Assembly (NCBI GenBank): GCA_002633005.1
Contig: NMRA01000147.1
Span: 124,001 to 188,000, forward strand
DNA from: Phoronis australis
Lineage: Eukaryota; Animalia; Phoronida
Direction: 5' to 3'
Length of the DNA stretch: 64,000 nucleotides
The notes below the pieces were generated by a model. The model saw only the letters and a list, made by a program, of their open reading frames with translations. It ran no database searches and was not told the origin of the DNA. Both the position numbers and the translations under genes were made by a program. This document shows positions 41,931-54,315 of this stretch, piece after piece (within the stretch, counting starts at the first letter, position 1; the number at the start of each line of letters is the position of its first letter).

Positions 41931-44919
41931 TTAAAACTTATTTTATATATTCATTTTACTTTTAATTTGTTTAAATTTTCAATTGGTTTTGAGTAAAAAC
42001 ATTATTTTAACAAGAATAATTCAGTGTTAATTAAAAGGTCACGACCTCCGACCCAGGGCCTCTGACATAGAAAGTAGTTACAAAGCCGAAGCAAGTCGAG
42101 AAAGGTAGATTGATTCATTGCAATGTTTATCGTTCAGTATGTGGCATAAATAGATTATCACATGTTCTCAGTCGTTATCCCCCTTATCTAGAGCTCACGT
42201 GGATTTTGTAGAATTATAATTCTTCAAAATCCACTCGCAATGTAATAATCTATTGAGAATACTAACATTAGCTGCATTCAAGAATCCAAACGAAGGGTTC
42301 CAATTAAATTGTTTCCAATTAAAACAATATATTTTGCAGAGATGAAACTCCATTTGGAGATGAGTGCATGATCTTGAAACAACCGAGATTCCTTAGTCAT
42401 TGAACTGCATTTAAATGTCCTTTATGTCACAAATTACAGACTGAGTTTTCAAACATTCTCATTTTCACTTTAACATGTCAAGATATTTGCAGTTGAGGCC
42501 ACATTTTGCTTGAGATTTTTTTAAAGAAGATTTTCCATGTTTCCATTCAGAAAACCTTGAAAGGTCAACATCAATACTGGTCAATAGGTGTGTTTAACCA
42601 GAATTATTGCAACCATACACTGTCTTAGAAATAAAAGGTCAGACTGCACGCATGACTGAGGCCCAATAAAAATAATGCTCACGTCTAGCGCACAGTCATT
42701 CATGGGTAAGTAATTATACTTCATTTATAAATGAAAATGTAAAAAGGTTGATCACATCCAAATCAGTTTCATCATCTTGCTGTTTCCATTCTTACATCCA
42801 CAGGTGATGTATTGCCTACTCCTAGTAGATACAATGTTTTTCCATGTTTCTGTTTAAAATGTGTAAAATTCAATATATGTCCCCTTTAATATCACCCACT
42901 ATTTGAGAAAAAGCAAAGAATTTTGTTTTTGAGAAAATAGTTTTTTAAGAAAACATATTTAAATATTGCCAAAAGCTCCTTTTTTCTTGATAGCTTTTCT
43001 GAAAAATGCCGTCACAGATTACAAAAATAATCCAAGTCTTATTTAAATCTTCACAATTATGACCATAAAACCATCATCACATACTGCTTTTTGTACTTTG
43101 TTTTTGAGATTTGGTAACTACACAACATTTCGTCAAATTTCCAACTTCATATCAAAATAGCTTAACTTATGATCAATTTAAATAAAATCCCTGGCCCGAA
43201 TTTGAAGTTCATTTGAGTTAGATTTCAATTTATTTAATTTGTAAAAATCGGCGGGATAGCTAAGAAATGAACTTTTAAAATGGATTGCCACTACAGTGAA
43301 ATAATGAAATGAGATTTATAAACCTGTTAAAAGTTTTGCAGTTATCATGTGGTAGTTTGGTCAACTTTCACTGGGAGTCTGTGCACATGCTCCTGTTTTA
43401 CTGAACATGGCAAAAAGACACCAGAAGGTACTTTCTGTCGCAAAACAACCAACAATTTTTTTAAAACATGAGTGCTTCCCAGACCCAAATCCAATATGTC
43501 TGCTTGGTCTATTGTGCATTTTGGCAAAAGGGGGGGGGCTTCCTGTGGTGGTGTGATAATTGGCCAGTTTGTAGTCTAGGCTCCCAGATTCCTACATTGA
43601 GGTACCATTCAAGCCTGATGAGCTGCCCTATAGGAAAAGAATTGTCGGTAATGTGGCTCAAATGACAACTATGTACGTTTCAAGTCAGTTTCATTTCGTC
43701 ACGAACATGTAAATGAATAATCAAAGTTTAAGACAATATAAAAATTCAAAAACTGTCAAAAATCAAAAAAAAATTCAGAGTATACACCCTCCTTTTAAGG
43801 CTGCGACTCACAGTGACTTCCTGATCACATTGTTACAATGCAGGAATATTAAGGACCTTTCTTATGATTTTGCACATACTGTTCATACACCATTGTCAAT
43901 GTGACAGTTCTGGACTGACCACGTCAAGTTCGGATTATTTTGCAGATAATTTAAACAATACAGGAAGAATTTTGAAGAAATAAGGAGTTCCTGTCTGCCC
44001 TGGTTAAATAGCCAAGCAATCAAGAGTATTTTGCTCAATCTTTTTACCATAAATCAATTCATGAGGTCAAGGCACCTAGAGTTCTCAATTTCTGATGTAA
44101 ATGCATTGTGACTGGTGTGTCACTAATGGATCACTTTACTCTGACCACTGCAACACCAAAAACACACAAAATATTTTGTTATCAAAACAGTAAATTAGAA
44201 CCATAGAAATATTTATGTATGTACTATTCTGATACACATACATTACAAACAACTTCGATTAGAGTGAAGAATGATTGCTTGTACATGTGGAGAATTTCTC
44301 ACTTACACTGGTCACTGGAGATTCTCTTTACCCTCAGACAATTTTTACTATGCCTATTCAGCACTACCTTTTGTATTTATGCTAATGAAGCGCAAAAGTA
44401 ATTGCTAGTCAGCACTACTTTCTCAACAGTTGTGATTGTTACTACACTGAAATTGGTTTTCTTTGACATTTGCATGTAGAGTTACAGCCTGAAATGTCAA
44501 AAGTACAGGTTTAATAACATTTTGGATATTACAAAATAACTGAAAACAGAAACTTAGGCTCATCATGACAAAAGGCCATTTCCCAAACGATCCTTCGTTT
44601 TAAATGTTTCAAAGCTGTTTTCATCATTTCATTTCCAATACTAGGAAGGACAATCAAAAAGTAGGTCACGGTGTTCCATATCTGCCTCTGTGTAAAACCC
44701 ACATCGGTAAATTACCCGATTTCAGACTTCAAAGTTAACTATAGGACAATTTTGTGTTATAAATCGTTACCTTAGTCTTTATTTGTAAGTTTGTAATCTT
44801 TTTGTCTCAAATTATCGCTGATAAATCATTTTTTGTAAGCTTTTTTTAGCGCACGATTTTCCGCCATGCGATCAACTTTCGAAAAAGTACCTCTTGTTCC
44901 TCCTATCCAAAAGAGCACT

Positions 44920-45492
44920 NNNNNNNNNNNNNNNNNNNNNNNNNNNNNNNNNNNNNNNNNNNNNNNNNNNNNNNNNNNNNNNNNNNNNNNNNNNNNNNNN
45001 NNNNNNNNNNNNNNNNNNNNNNNNNNNNNNNNNNNNNNNNNNNNNNNNNNNNNNNNNNNNNNNNNNNNNNNNNNNNNNNNNNNNNNNNNNNNNNNNNNNN
45101 NNNNNNNNNNNNNNNNNNNNNNNNNNNNNNNNNNNNNNNNNNNNNNNNNNNNNNNNNNNNNNNNNNNNNNNNNNNNNNNNNNNNNNNNNNNNNNNNNNNN
45201 NNNNNNNNNNNNNNNNNNNNNNNNNNNNNNNNNNNNNNNNNNNNNNNNNNNNNNNNNNNNNNNNNNNNNNNNNNNNNNNNNNNNNNNNNNNNNNNNNNNN
45301 NNNNNNNNNNNNNNNNNNNNNNNNNNNNNNNNNNNNNNNNNNNNNNNNNNNNNNNNNNNNNNNNNNNNNNNNNNNNNNNNNNNNNNNNNNNNNNNNNNNN
45401 NNNNNNNNNNNNNNNNNNNNNNNNNNNNNNNNNNNNNNNNNNNNNNNNNNNNNNNNNNNNNNNNNNNNNNNNNNNNNNNNNNNNNNNNNNNN
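44920..45492. other. Assembly gap (573 N)
   Basis: Run of N. Confidence 1.
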
Positions 45493-48400
45493 CGAATCTT
45501 TTTATATGCAGCACATGTGTATTCTTTTATTTTTTACGAAATTATGTAAAAAGGCAGATATTTTGCGCATAAACGTCGCACTTCAACGGCCATTTTCTCA
45601 TCAACCGCTCATCCAATTTTTCTGATTTTTGCACCATTTCATTTCTCACACCAAGGGCTTTTCAAAAATGTATGACACATGGGTATTGTAAAAAAAAATT
45701 AAAAAACGTTGTCCTCCCTACCAATACAATAGTCCTTCTTTGGTTTGTTTACTGCCCATTGCTATCTTTCGATTTTATTTTTAAGCTTGAAGTGCCAAAT
45801 CATTGTCAGGCTTTGATCGTCAGTGAAACTTAGAAGTCAGCTCTCGCCCACCGACCCACCTCATAGTCATAGCGAAGTCTTACTTTTTTTAGCGAGGTCC
45901 TAACGATACTGAAGTTTTACCGCCTTTTCCGCAACACGACTCGTGAGCACAATCAATCAGCTGGAACAAAGGCACGAAACAAGTTTACAAATGTATTCTT
46001 TCTATCACTAAATACTTACAACTTTTTCAGATAAAATTTTCAGTTGTCCCAAAGACTTTTCATTCACATAAATTGAATTCAATTTTCAGAACTGACCACC
46101 ACCGCTCAATTTCTTGTGGACGCCGCCATGATGAAAACGTATTTAGCGCCATCTAGTTTTGACTAACGCAATTAACTTAGGAGGAGTGACCGGAGCCTCA
46201 TTGCCAGGCTTGTCACCAGCATCTTCCATACATGACGCTTCGATTCAGTGAAGCTCATAATGCTTCACGATACTCAATGAAATGCATGGTTCCACTAGTC
46301 GCATTCCTTCAGATTTGCACAACACTGTCAGTTTTCAAGTTTTTTCCCAAGGTGCAAAAATTTCGACCTAGGGAGAGTGGAGTTCGGATAAGCCTCCACA
46401 AGGCAGTATGTTGGATCTCCGGAGAAATTCGGGCAAATGAAGACAACTTGGACAGTTGATTTGTACCTCAGTCCATGGCCTTAAATTAACTGAAATTCTC
46501 AAACTGGGCTTTGAATTGCAGTATTCAAAGTCCGGTGTTTGAGGAGAAAATTCATGTAAGCGATTTTAACGGTTGTTTTTCAAGGCTCAGTGTGGGTTCA
46601 ACCACTAACCGTTGGCATCAGACTCCCGGTTTTGTCGGCTGAGACTACGTGAGTTAATCCCAAGTTTATTTCAGTACGCCTGTTTATGCTTTGAAAAAAA
46701 GTCTAGACGCCACCGGGATACAATGAATGAGTTACACAACCACTGCCCATGAATGTGCCCATCACGTAGCACTCCAAGCCGTGGCCACAGTTGGGGCATT
46801 TACCAACCAAAATTTACGTTAATTGCTGATCTTGCGAGATAGATGCAACGGAAAGTTTTGACTCACTTCCCTCCAAATAGTACCGTCATGCCTGTTAACA
46901 GGATATTCGCCTATCATCGTAAGACCCTGTCATTCCGAATGGCATGCACTGATGCCAGTAGCACCTTTATTCGAACCGATGACACTGAACTTTGCCTCAC
47001 TGAAAAAATTAACTTAGCTGAAATGCCGAGACAGGGTAACTGTACTTACTTGGTCTATGTTAAGGTGAGGCTATATGCACGAGTTCGGGTTCATGCGCTC
47101 GTTCCCAAAATTCAGAATGCATTTTTCAAAACAAAAAGTGGCGCTTGCTATATGCAGGTGTCGCACAAAATGCGCCATATAAACTTTGTGTTTTCCAGTG
47201 TCTACCATTTACTTAAAGCTACATTTCGCGCCCTTGTGGCTAGTGGACTGGCTAAGCCAAGAGAAAATCGCATCAGCCCCTTAACTATGATAAAATTAGT
47301 CTCTTAATACTCCTGGCTAAGGTGATAGGATTCTATTCAGTCTGTCACCCATCAAAACCATCAGCGACTGTAGAAAACGCTTCACTGATCGAGTTTATTG
47401 CGACTTCGAAAACGGCAGTTTCTTCTGATTTGCAATCGTTACCAAACAGCACAGATTTCATGAAAGTAAAAATTCTAATTCCATTTTCGTAGCCAACTAA
47501 GCAGCTTTAATATTTAAATCGCATCTGCATTTTCCCCCAAGTTCTGTAAGTTTCCCGTCATTCAAATCCTAGTATCCATTTTGGTTATTGTAAAGTGTTT
47601 CTCTTAAACTTTCATGCACCTAAATTCGTTACGTATGCCCATCACTTCTTGTACACAGAGCCCAAACGCACGCCTGTACTGTAGCTGAACGCAGACTCCC
47701 GGGTTTCCATGTTAAAAGTAGGGGCTCAGTACCTGGCTTTCTGAATTAGGTCGTTGCAGCAGGTGTTGAGTTTGATTCCACCGTGGGTTAAATTGAGAAG
47801 AATAGTGTCGATGCAATGTTCAATAAGAATGTGAATGCTTGAGCAGATCGCTGTAATATAATCCTTTTAACACTGCACTCCCATAGGGACATGAGTGACT
47901 TGTTGTGATGGGGCACAGCAGTGCCGGACACACAGAACACATCATTATGGCAACAAACATTTAATTTCTCCTGCAAATAATTCAGTCAACTTTGCTACAA
48001 CATAAATAATATAATCTTAATAAATATAAACTTATTTAACATTGTTCCACAGTGGTCATTTATAGTAAATTCCATAAGTTTAACAAAACGCTGGATTGCA
48101 TCAAGATAAAAAATTATAGCACTGAGGTTTTGCAGCGGAAAGCCTACATTGCTATATAGCCATAGTGAAAATCTACCCCTGCCTAAATGGCAAAACATTT
48201 ACTTACAAGCGTGCAAAGAAAAGAGAGTGCTCTTTTGTTGGAGACAGTTTCTACATTTGCTAACCACAGGTGCAACACCTGACTCTTCTACTCATGAATG
48301 TATTTGTTACATATACAGAAGCCAATTAGCTCAAGGACAGGCAGAGCTTAAAAGAAACACAAGTTAGTTAAATTATCAATTTGCAAAATCTACTCATTTC

Positions 48401-49447
48401 CAGGACTATAAATAACGTTTTACAGTTTAATTTTGATAATTTAAAACCAACGAAAGTGTGGAAATTTGCCTGTTTCTTCACACAAAAACAAAAGTCAAAA
48501 TCGTCATTTTCCCCACAATTCAAATTCAAGGGGTAGAGACAATTCCATGGACCTGTCTCTGAACACAATCCAACTACAATCCTCAAAACTCTAGACTCAG
48601 GTCAGCACACACCAAACCCTCAGCACTAATCCCCAGCTCCGCATCCCAAAACCCCACACACCCAACGGAAAGCTCCATAGCCACTGATCTTACATCAGTG
48701 TCAGCGACCACCAGATTCCATGGCCACGCCTCCATTCCACAGCTGGAATCCAAAGATGTGATCATGGAATTGTTTCCATCCCTTACGCATTGGCAACATT
48801 GCTACAAACATTCAAAATTTAGCCAAGCATAATTCAACAGCCCTACCATAAAGACATTAGTACTAACAAAATTTAATTTAAAGACATATATTTTGTATAG
48901 AACTTTGCCAACATAAAAATCGCACTTTGACTGACAAATCAAGAGCGAAACTGGACCCCGCATCATAATTATGTACCACAGCGGCGGATCTATGGGGAGA
49001 GGTCGTCAGGGGACAAGCCAGCGCAAAACTGCGCTAACGTGAGTGAACACCCTGTAAGCAAAATGTAGACCTGACACTGGATGAACTGTCCTTCGCACAA
49101 GAAGATAAAATTGTTTTGTGACACAGTGCAAAACCAGTTAATAACGATCTACGATATTTTTATTTTTGATGAGAAACTACTAGACAAAATAAATTTCTTT
49201 TGTCCAGCATATTGTGCACTATATAAGTGAACAATTACAAGAATACAATTAATATTTTAAACGACAACAGAAATACTTTTTAGCACAATGTAACAAAGTT
49301 AGTTCAACATTATTCCAACAAAACATTTCTAGCATACTAATTTATGTCAAGACATCTTCTAAGAAACTTTGTCTGAGCAGCACTTTTGCACCTGATAGCA
49401 ATAATATGGTGCTTCAATTTAAAAACAATTTGGAACTAAACTTATTC

Positions 49448-49453
49448 TTTATT
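49448..49453 (-). terminator. Candidate polyadenylation signal (AATAAA) for TBC1D5
   Basis: AATAAA on the minus strand about 330 nt after the stop; a second one lies near 49159-49164. Motif only. Confidence 0.3.
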
Positions 49454-49779
49454 TGACCCGTTCTTTAGAAGCACCCCATATCTTCCGACTCATTCAACTT
49501 ATTTGCACAGCACAAACCACAACATCCCATAATTGACACACAGACAACATACATAGCAGTGAGCTAAAAATCATGATTTATCCTAGCTTCCAATTTTAAG
49601 TAAATCAGTCTTAAGAAATTCCATCAATAATATTCAATCATCCATTAAATCCATCATAGAATGAAAACAAGGCATAAATTGTCTATCTTTGGCCAATAGA
49701 TCGATCTTGCAAGCCGAGATCAACCAGCAGTATTACACAAAACAGTCATATATTGCAACTGTCCCGTAAACCTCAAAGG

Positions 49780-50079
49780 TCACGACATCGTATCACCTGG
49801 CGTTACGTCGCACATATCTGTTAATGTGTTGACCTTTCCTAGGTCAAGCTCCTCAGGTGGAGTCGGCAGTTTATTTGCCAGTTCACCGTCACTCATATGT
49901 TCGCTCATGGGAGAACACTCCGAGGGTTCTGCACTGCTCACATAAAACATGCGCTTCTCATTGGCTAATCTAAGGTCATGTGACTGTGGATCCTTGTAGT
50001 GGTCCTCACTGATTTGAATTTCATCATCATCTAATAGATTGTGCGAGAACTTCAGCGTCCCTTTCAAAATGTCTCGCAC
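49780..50079 (-). CDS. TBC1D5: TBC1D5 terminal coding exon: VRDILKGTLKFSHNLLDDDEIQISEDHY...GDTMS*
   Basis: TAG acceptor 50082-50080, phase 0; matches the vertebrate TBC1D5 IKDILKGSLRF motif; TGA stop 49782-49780. Confidence 0.9.
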   Translation of the reverse strand: MRDILKGTLKFSHNLLDDDEIQISEDHYKDPQSHDLRLANEKRMFYVSSAEPSECSPMSEHMSDGELANKLPTPPEELDLGKVNTLTDMCDVTPGDTMS

Positions 50080-50343
50080 CTACAATTGTAAAAAGTCACA
50101 TATATATACCGAATACCATGGCAATAAAGTTAACAGATTCTTAACAATTTATAATTGACTGCTTATGTGAGAGAACTACTGAATGATAGAAAATACTAGA
50201 AAATCATTAATAGCTATTGCTAATCATGAAAATTTATACAAACATGTGACATAAAACTCCCCATGTCCTGAACACATCCACTACCACAAGAAACTGTAGG
50301 AACACCACATTTATCCACCTTCACTTTTATCAGGCTTCTATTG

Positions 50344-51890
50344 TGAGTCAGCATGGGTGAATAATTGGCTGATAAGCCACCTCTGGAACTACTTTGGGCT
50401 GAATGGATGATCAGGCCATAAAATGATAATTAGCCAAGACCTTGCTGCATGGAATAGTTAATACCTTCATGGCAATTTTAAAAGAGTGGGCATCTTCTGC
50501 TAGTCTTTCACTGAAAGTGTTTTAAAAAACTTGGTTTACCGACCTCTGATTTTCAGGATTATGCAAAGTTAATATTAAAATTCAAGTATGCAACGTTTTC
50601 ATTTCCACCATCATTACGCTATGGAAACAAGAAAAAATTGGCAACAATCCATACAAACGACAAAGAATACGTCATAGCATCACCTAGCCTTGGTGGAAAG
50701 CCGGGCACTTGCAAAAATTCATTTCACGGGGAGGGGACGCTTGTTGTAGCCTAAGGCAGTTGAAACCCGGTTTCAGAAACAGGTAAAATCGGAAGCTATG
50801 ATTAATCAAATTTACGCTCTGTGACATATTTGTAGCCTATGACAGTCTTTCTACAAAATTGTGGTGCATTACTATCAAACTCCGTTGTTAAATTACGATC
50901 ATTTTTCAAAAAGTTTTGCTGAAATAGTCCCAGGGCGAAACGATGCCAACTGATACGTTGCTGAATCGCGATCGTCGATAGGAAAACTTGATTTCTTGAA
51001 CAAGAGCAACGCAGAGCGTTGAAATGCGCCCACAATTGCACCGCATACGGTATCCTTCTAGGGTTGTTTATTGGTACCATAAAGTGGCCAGTAGAGGGCA
51101 TATATGTAGTATGTTGTACTTATCAAAATGGAAAGGCATGGTCATTGTCTCCTCAATAGGCTAGGGGCAAAATGTGAGTAATCTTCATAATGCAAGCACA
51201 TCCTATACACCAGTTGCTTAAAGCACCACAGAAACATAGAATNTGAGTCAGCATGCGTGAATAATTGGCTGGTAAGCCACCTCTGGAACTACTTTTGGCT
51301 GAATGGATGACCAGGCCATAAAATGACAATTAGCCAAGACCTTGCTGCATGGAATAGTTAATACCTTCATGGCAATTTTAAAAGAGTGGGCATCTTCTGC
51401 TAGTCTTTCACTGAAAGTGTTTTAAAAAACTTGGTTTACCGACCTCTGATTTTCAGGATTATGCAAAGTTAACATTAAAATTCAAATATGCAATGTTTTC
51501 ATTTCCACCATCATTATGCTATGGAAACAAGAACAATCCGTACAAACGACAAAGAATACGTCGTAGCATCACCTAGCCTTGGTGGAAAGCCGGGCACTTG
51601 CAAAAATTCATTTCACGGGGAGGGGACGCTTGTTGTAGCCTAAGGCAGTTGAAACCCGGTTTCAGAAACAGGTAAAATCGGAAGCTATGATTTATCAAAT
51701 TTACGTTCTGTGACGTATTTGTAGCCTATGACAGTCTTTCTACAAAATTGTGGTGCATTACTATCAAACTCCGTTGTTAAATTACGATCATTTTTCAAAA
51801 AATTTTGCTGAAATAGTCCCAGGGCGAAACGTTGCCAACTGATACGCTGCTGAATCGCGATCGTCGATAGGAAAACTTGAATTCTTGAAT
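50344..51890. repeat. Apparent 650-bp duplication (about 50344-51000 vs 51244-51890), likely uncollapsed haplotypes
   Basis: Second copy begins at a single N (51243); near-identical sequence. Confidence 0.8.
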
Positions 51891-52105
51891 AAAAATACAG
51901 TTTCGACTCAACAAATTACCTGAAATCCTCCTTATGTTTTACAATTTTGTAAGTTCATGTGGAGTCCAGATTAATTGCGATTAAGTCCAAATCTGTGCTA
52001 CATCGTACCCCACAACACAAGAAAAATTTCTGGTTGAAAAGACATGTTGTCACGTGACGTTTGTTTAGAAGTTCGTCTGTGTATGAGAGTGAGTGCGCGT
52101 GCAAG
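51600..52105 (-). mobile_element. Diverged, oppositely oriented relative of the internal part of the 54316-55743 element (partial copy also at about 50710-51000)
   Basis: Reverse complement aligns with about 55185-55700 (e.g. TTGAAACCCGGT/ACCGGGTTTCAA, CCCAGGGCGAAA/TTTCGCCCTGGG, AATACAGTTTCGACTCAA/TTGAGTCGAAACTGTATT). Confidence 0.75.
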
Positions 52106-53405
52106 TCATCGACGACAGACTTTAGTTACAAAAGGCACAGGGTTATGCAAGAAAATGGCGTTTACTAGATTGTTTTTCACTTAAACGGCTGCAACGTGGA
52201 AGATAAGTGAAGGTTAACTAACAGATTTTGTGTGCACAGGCTGATGGTCGTTAGCTCTACCGTGGAGTAAAACATTAATAGTCATAGGCTCGATCTACAT
52301 CACATGTTGAGGGCGAGGTGACGAGGTGAACTACCCGGACTGTGTGAAATTTCTGGGTCTAACGGAGACACTGATGCAGTCACTGTGGTACCTATAGTCA
52401 GCCAGCTTGCTGTATCAAGACTATCATCAAAATCCAAATTCATTTTATCGTGTCAATAATAACGGCATGCTAAAGTTTCTTAATGTTCCTACTTCAGGAA
52501 CATAACAATCACGTGTTTTGTATACATACGCGCATGCCGCAGATGACATCTCGGAAATTTCCGATTTGATGGATGACAATGAATGACCACAATGAAATTA
52601 AACAACGTTGTTTTACATCTTGTAAGAGCTATAATAATAAACGTATTTTGAATATTGCAATGCATGTGTTCCAAAATCTAAATAACGGGTCCTATATTTT
52701 TGTATTCGTGTGCACCGAATGAAAGTAATCTTGAGAGTTGCCGAGTTGCTAAATCTCTTATTCTGGGCCGATTTGAAAAATTCAAAGTTGTACCAACATT
52801 TTTTTCTCACCTCTTTTCAAATATTACACTCCAACTACCTAAATTGCTCTTCATAAAAAGTACGGTAATCTAGGCTAGATTGTAATCAGCTGATCGTATC
52901 CGCATGAGCGAAGCCAATTATCCTCGCTGGTGACTCGATGAATAGAGCACCTAGGTGGGATCCCTTTGATCGTGAGCTGAACGCAACACAGCCAAGGTGG
53001 ATAAATATGGTCTACTTCAATCGGCCAAACCCCACAGTTTTCCCTGATCAGTGGGGTTGTGACGTCATCTTGTTTAGTGGGAATGTTCACAGCATGCCAG
53101 TGTTGAGTGAGGATAGCAACTTCCATTTGATCTAATCTTCTCAAAATCTTGTCCAACAAGATGGTATCGAACATAATTTCTGTCTTTTTACGGACGCAAG
53201 TCCCATCATCATCCTACTGCACAAAAGTGGAATCAAAGCAATATTTGAAGTCAACTTGGGACATTGTTATAAAGTCCCACAACTTAAAATCTCCATCAAC
53301 TTGACCTTTGAACTGTAAGTGGTACTGAACACTGTCATCCGGAAGCCCATCTTATTTCGATAACTCATCACTAACTCTAAAAACCAAAATTTGAAGTACA
53401 GTCAC

Positions 53406-53485
53406 CTGTTTAAGTCCTGCCAAAGCCAACAAGATTTCGTCTTCATTTTCAACAATCTGTCTCAATGCAACGGTCTGAAGTTTAT
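53406..53485 (-). CDS. TBC1D5: TBC1D5 exon: DKLQTVALRQIVENEDEILLALAGLKQ
   Basis: TAG acceptor 53488-53486, GTGAC donor at 53405; 80 nt, phase 1/0; matches ED.IL..LAGLKQ of TBC1D5. Confidence 0.93.
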
Positions 53486-53869
53486 CTAAAATGGAGATAA
53501 TAAACCATTCAGATTTCAGCTTGTCGATGGAACGATTATAGCTTTGGTGTGCACATAATAATAGCTGAATTAAAAGAGTGATTATTTCAATAAATCGATC
53601 GGTGCAGGGATTTCACCTTAGTCTGGCTTCTTTCCAAAGTTTTTAATGAATGAAGAATTTCATGATTACCTTCGACACAGACAAATAACAATTCAAAGTT
53701 CACTACTTAGTCACAACAGAAGTACTACTGTCCTTAGTTTAACAAAACATTTTGCTTAAACCCCAGGCACGGGTCCCCTTGTAAACATTACAGCAGATGT
53801 AATCAAACAGCAGCCTGTTGCAATGAAGACCAAGTGAGGCATGACTGATTGGGTCAAGGAGTTACTCAC

Positions 53870-53972
53870 CGATGTGCACGTCTAGTTTAGTAGCGCAGTA
53901 TTGGTGCATGGTTGATATGTCATTTAGTTTACCCTGCAGAGCAGATGTCTCAGTCTGAGCATGTCGCAGCTC
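53870..53972 (-). CDS. TBC1D5: TBC1D5 exon: ELRHAQTETSALQGKLNDISTMHQYCATKLDVHI
   Basis: CAG acceptor 53975-53973, GTGAGT donor at 53869; 103 nt, phase 0/1; matches LQG.LND...M..YCA...D.H of TBC1D5. Confidence 0.93.
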
Positions 53973-53992
53973 CTGTAAATACAAAAACTGAG

Positions 53993-54209
53993 TGTTTAGC
54001 TCAGCGCAGATGAAGAGGTATGAGCTCAGCTGTCTGCCTCAACTGAACGATAGCTGAGCTCACAATTTATGACAAAGGGAGAAAATACGAAAACAAATGA
54101 ATGAACTAGCTGCTAGTTCATTCAATTGTTTGTGTTTTGACATGAACTGTCAGCTATCAATTATTTGAGGCAGACAGTTGAGTTTGTTCTTCTATGGTGG
54201 TCCTAAACA
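53993..54209. repeat. Palindromic MITE-like hairpin, about 215 bp
   Basis: Centre GAATGAACTAGC-T-GCTAGTTCATTC (54099-54123); outer arms CTGTCTGCCTCAA..GATAGCTGA / TCAGCTATC..TTGAGGCAGACAG; ends TGTTTAG/CTAAACA. Confidence 0.8.
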
Positions 54210-54315
54210 TTATGCAGGACGTTATTGACAAGTGTGAGTATTAAGCCAATATCTACAAAACTATAGATTTTTAACTCGGTTAAAGTACACATTTTCTGAA
54301 AGTAGAAAGCAAGTA

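Noticed and set aside
43612-43655. CTGATGA-containing hammerhead-like string (a similar weak one lies at 60883-60920)
   Set aside because: No proper stem II plus GAAA geometry.
44866-45625. Longest ORFs in the track (203-243 aa)
   Set aside because: Artefacts of translating through the N gap.
48583-48801. GC-richer stretch open on both strands downstream of the TBC1D5 stop; possible extra terminal exon
   Set aside because: Would need a weak internal donor (AAG|GTCAAC) and shows no TBC1D5 similarity; more likely 3' UTR or repeat.
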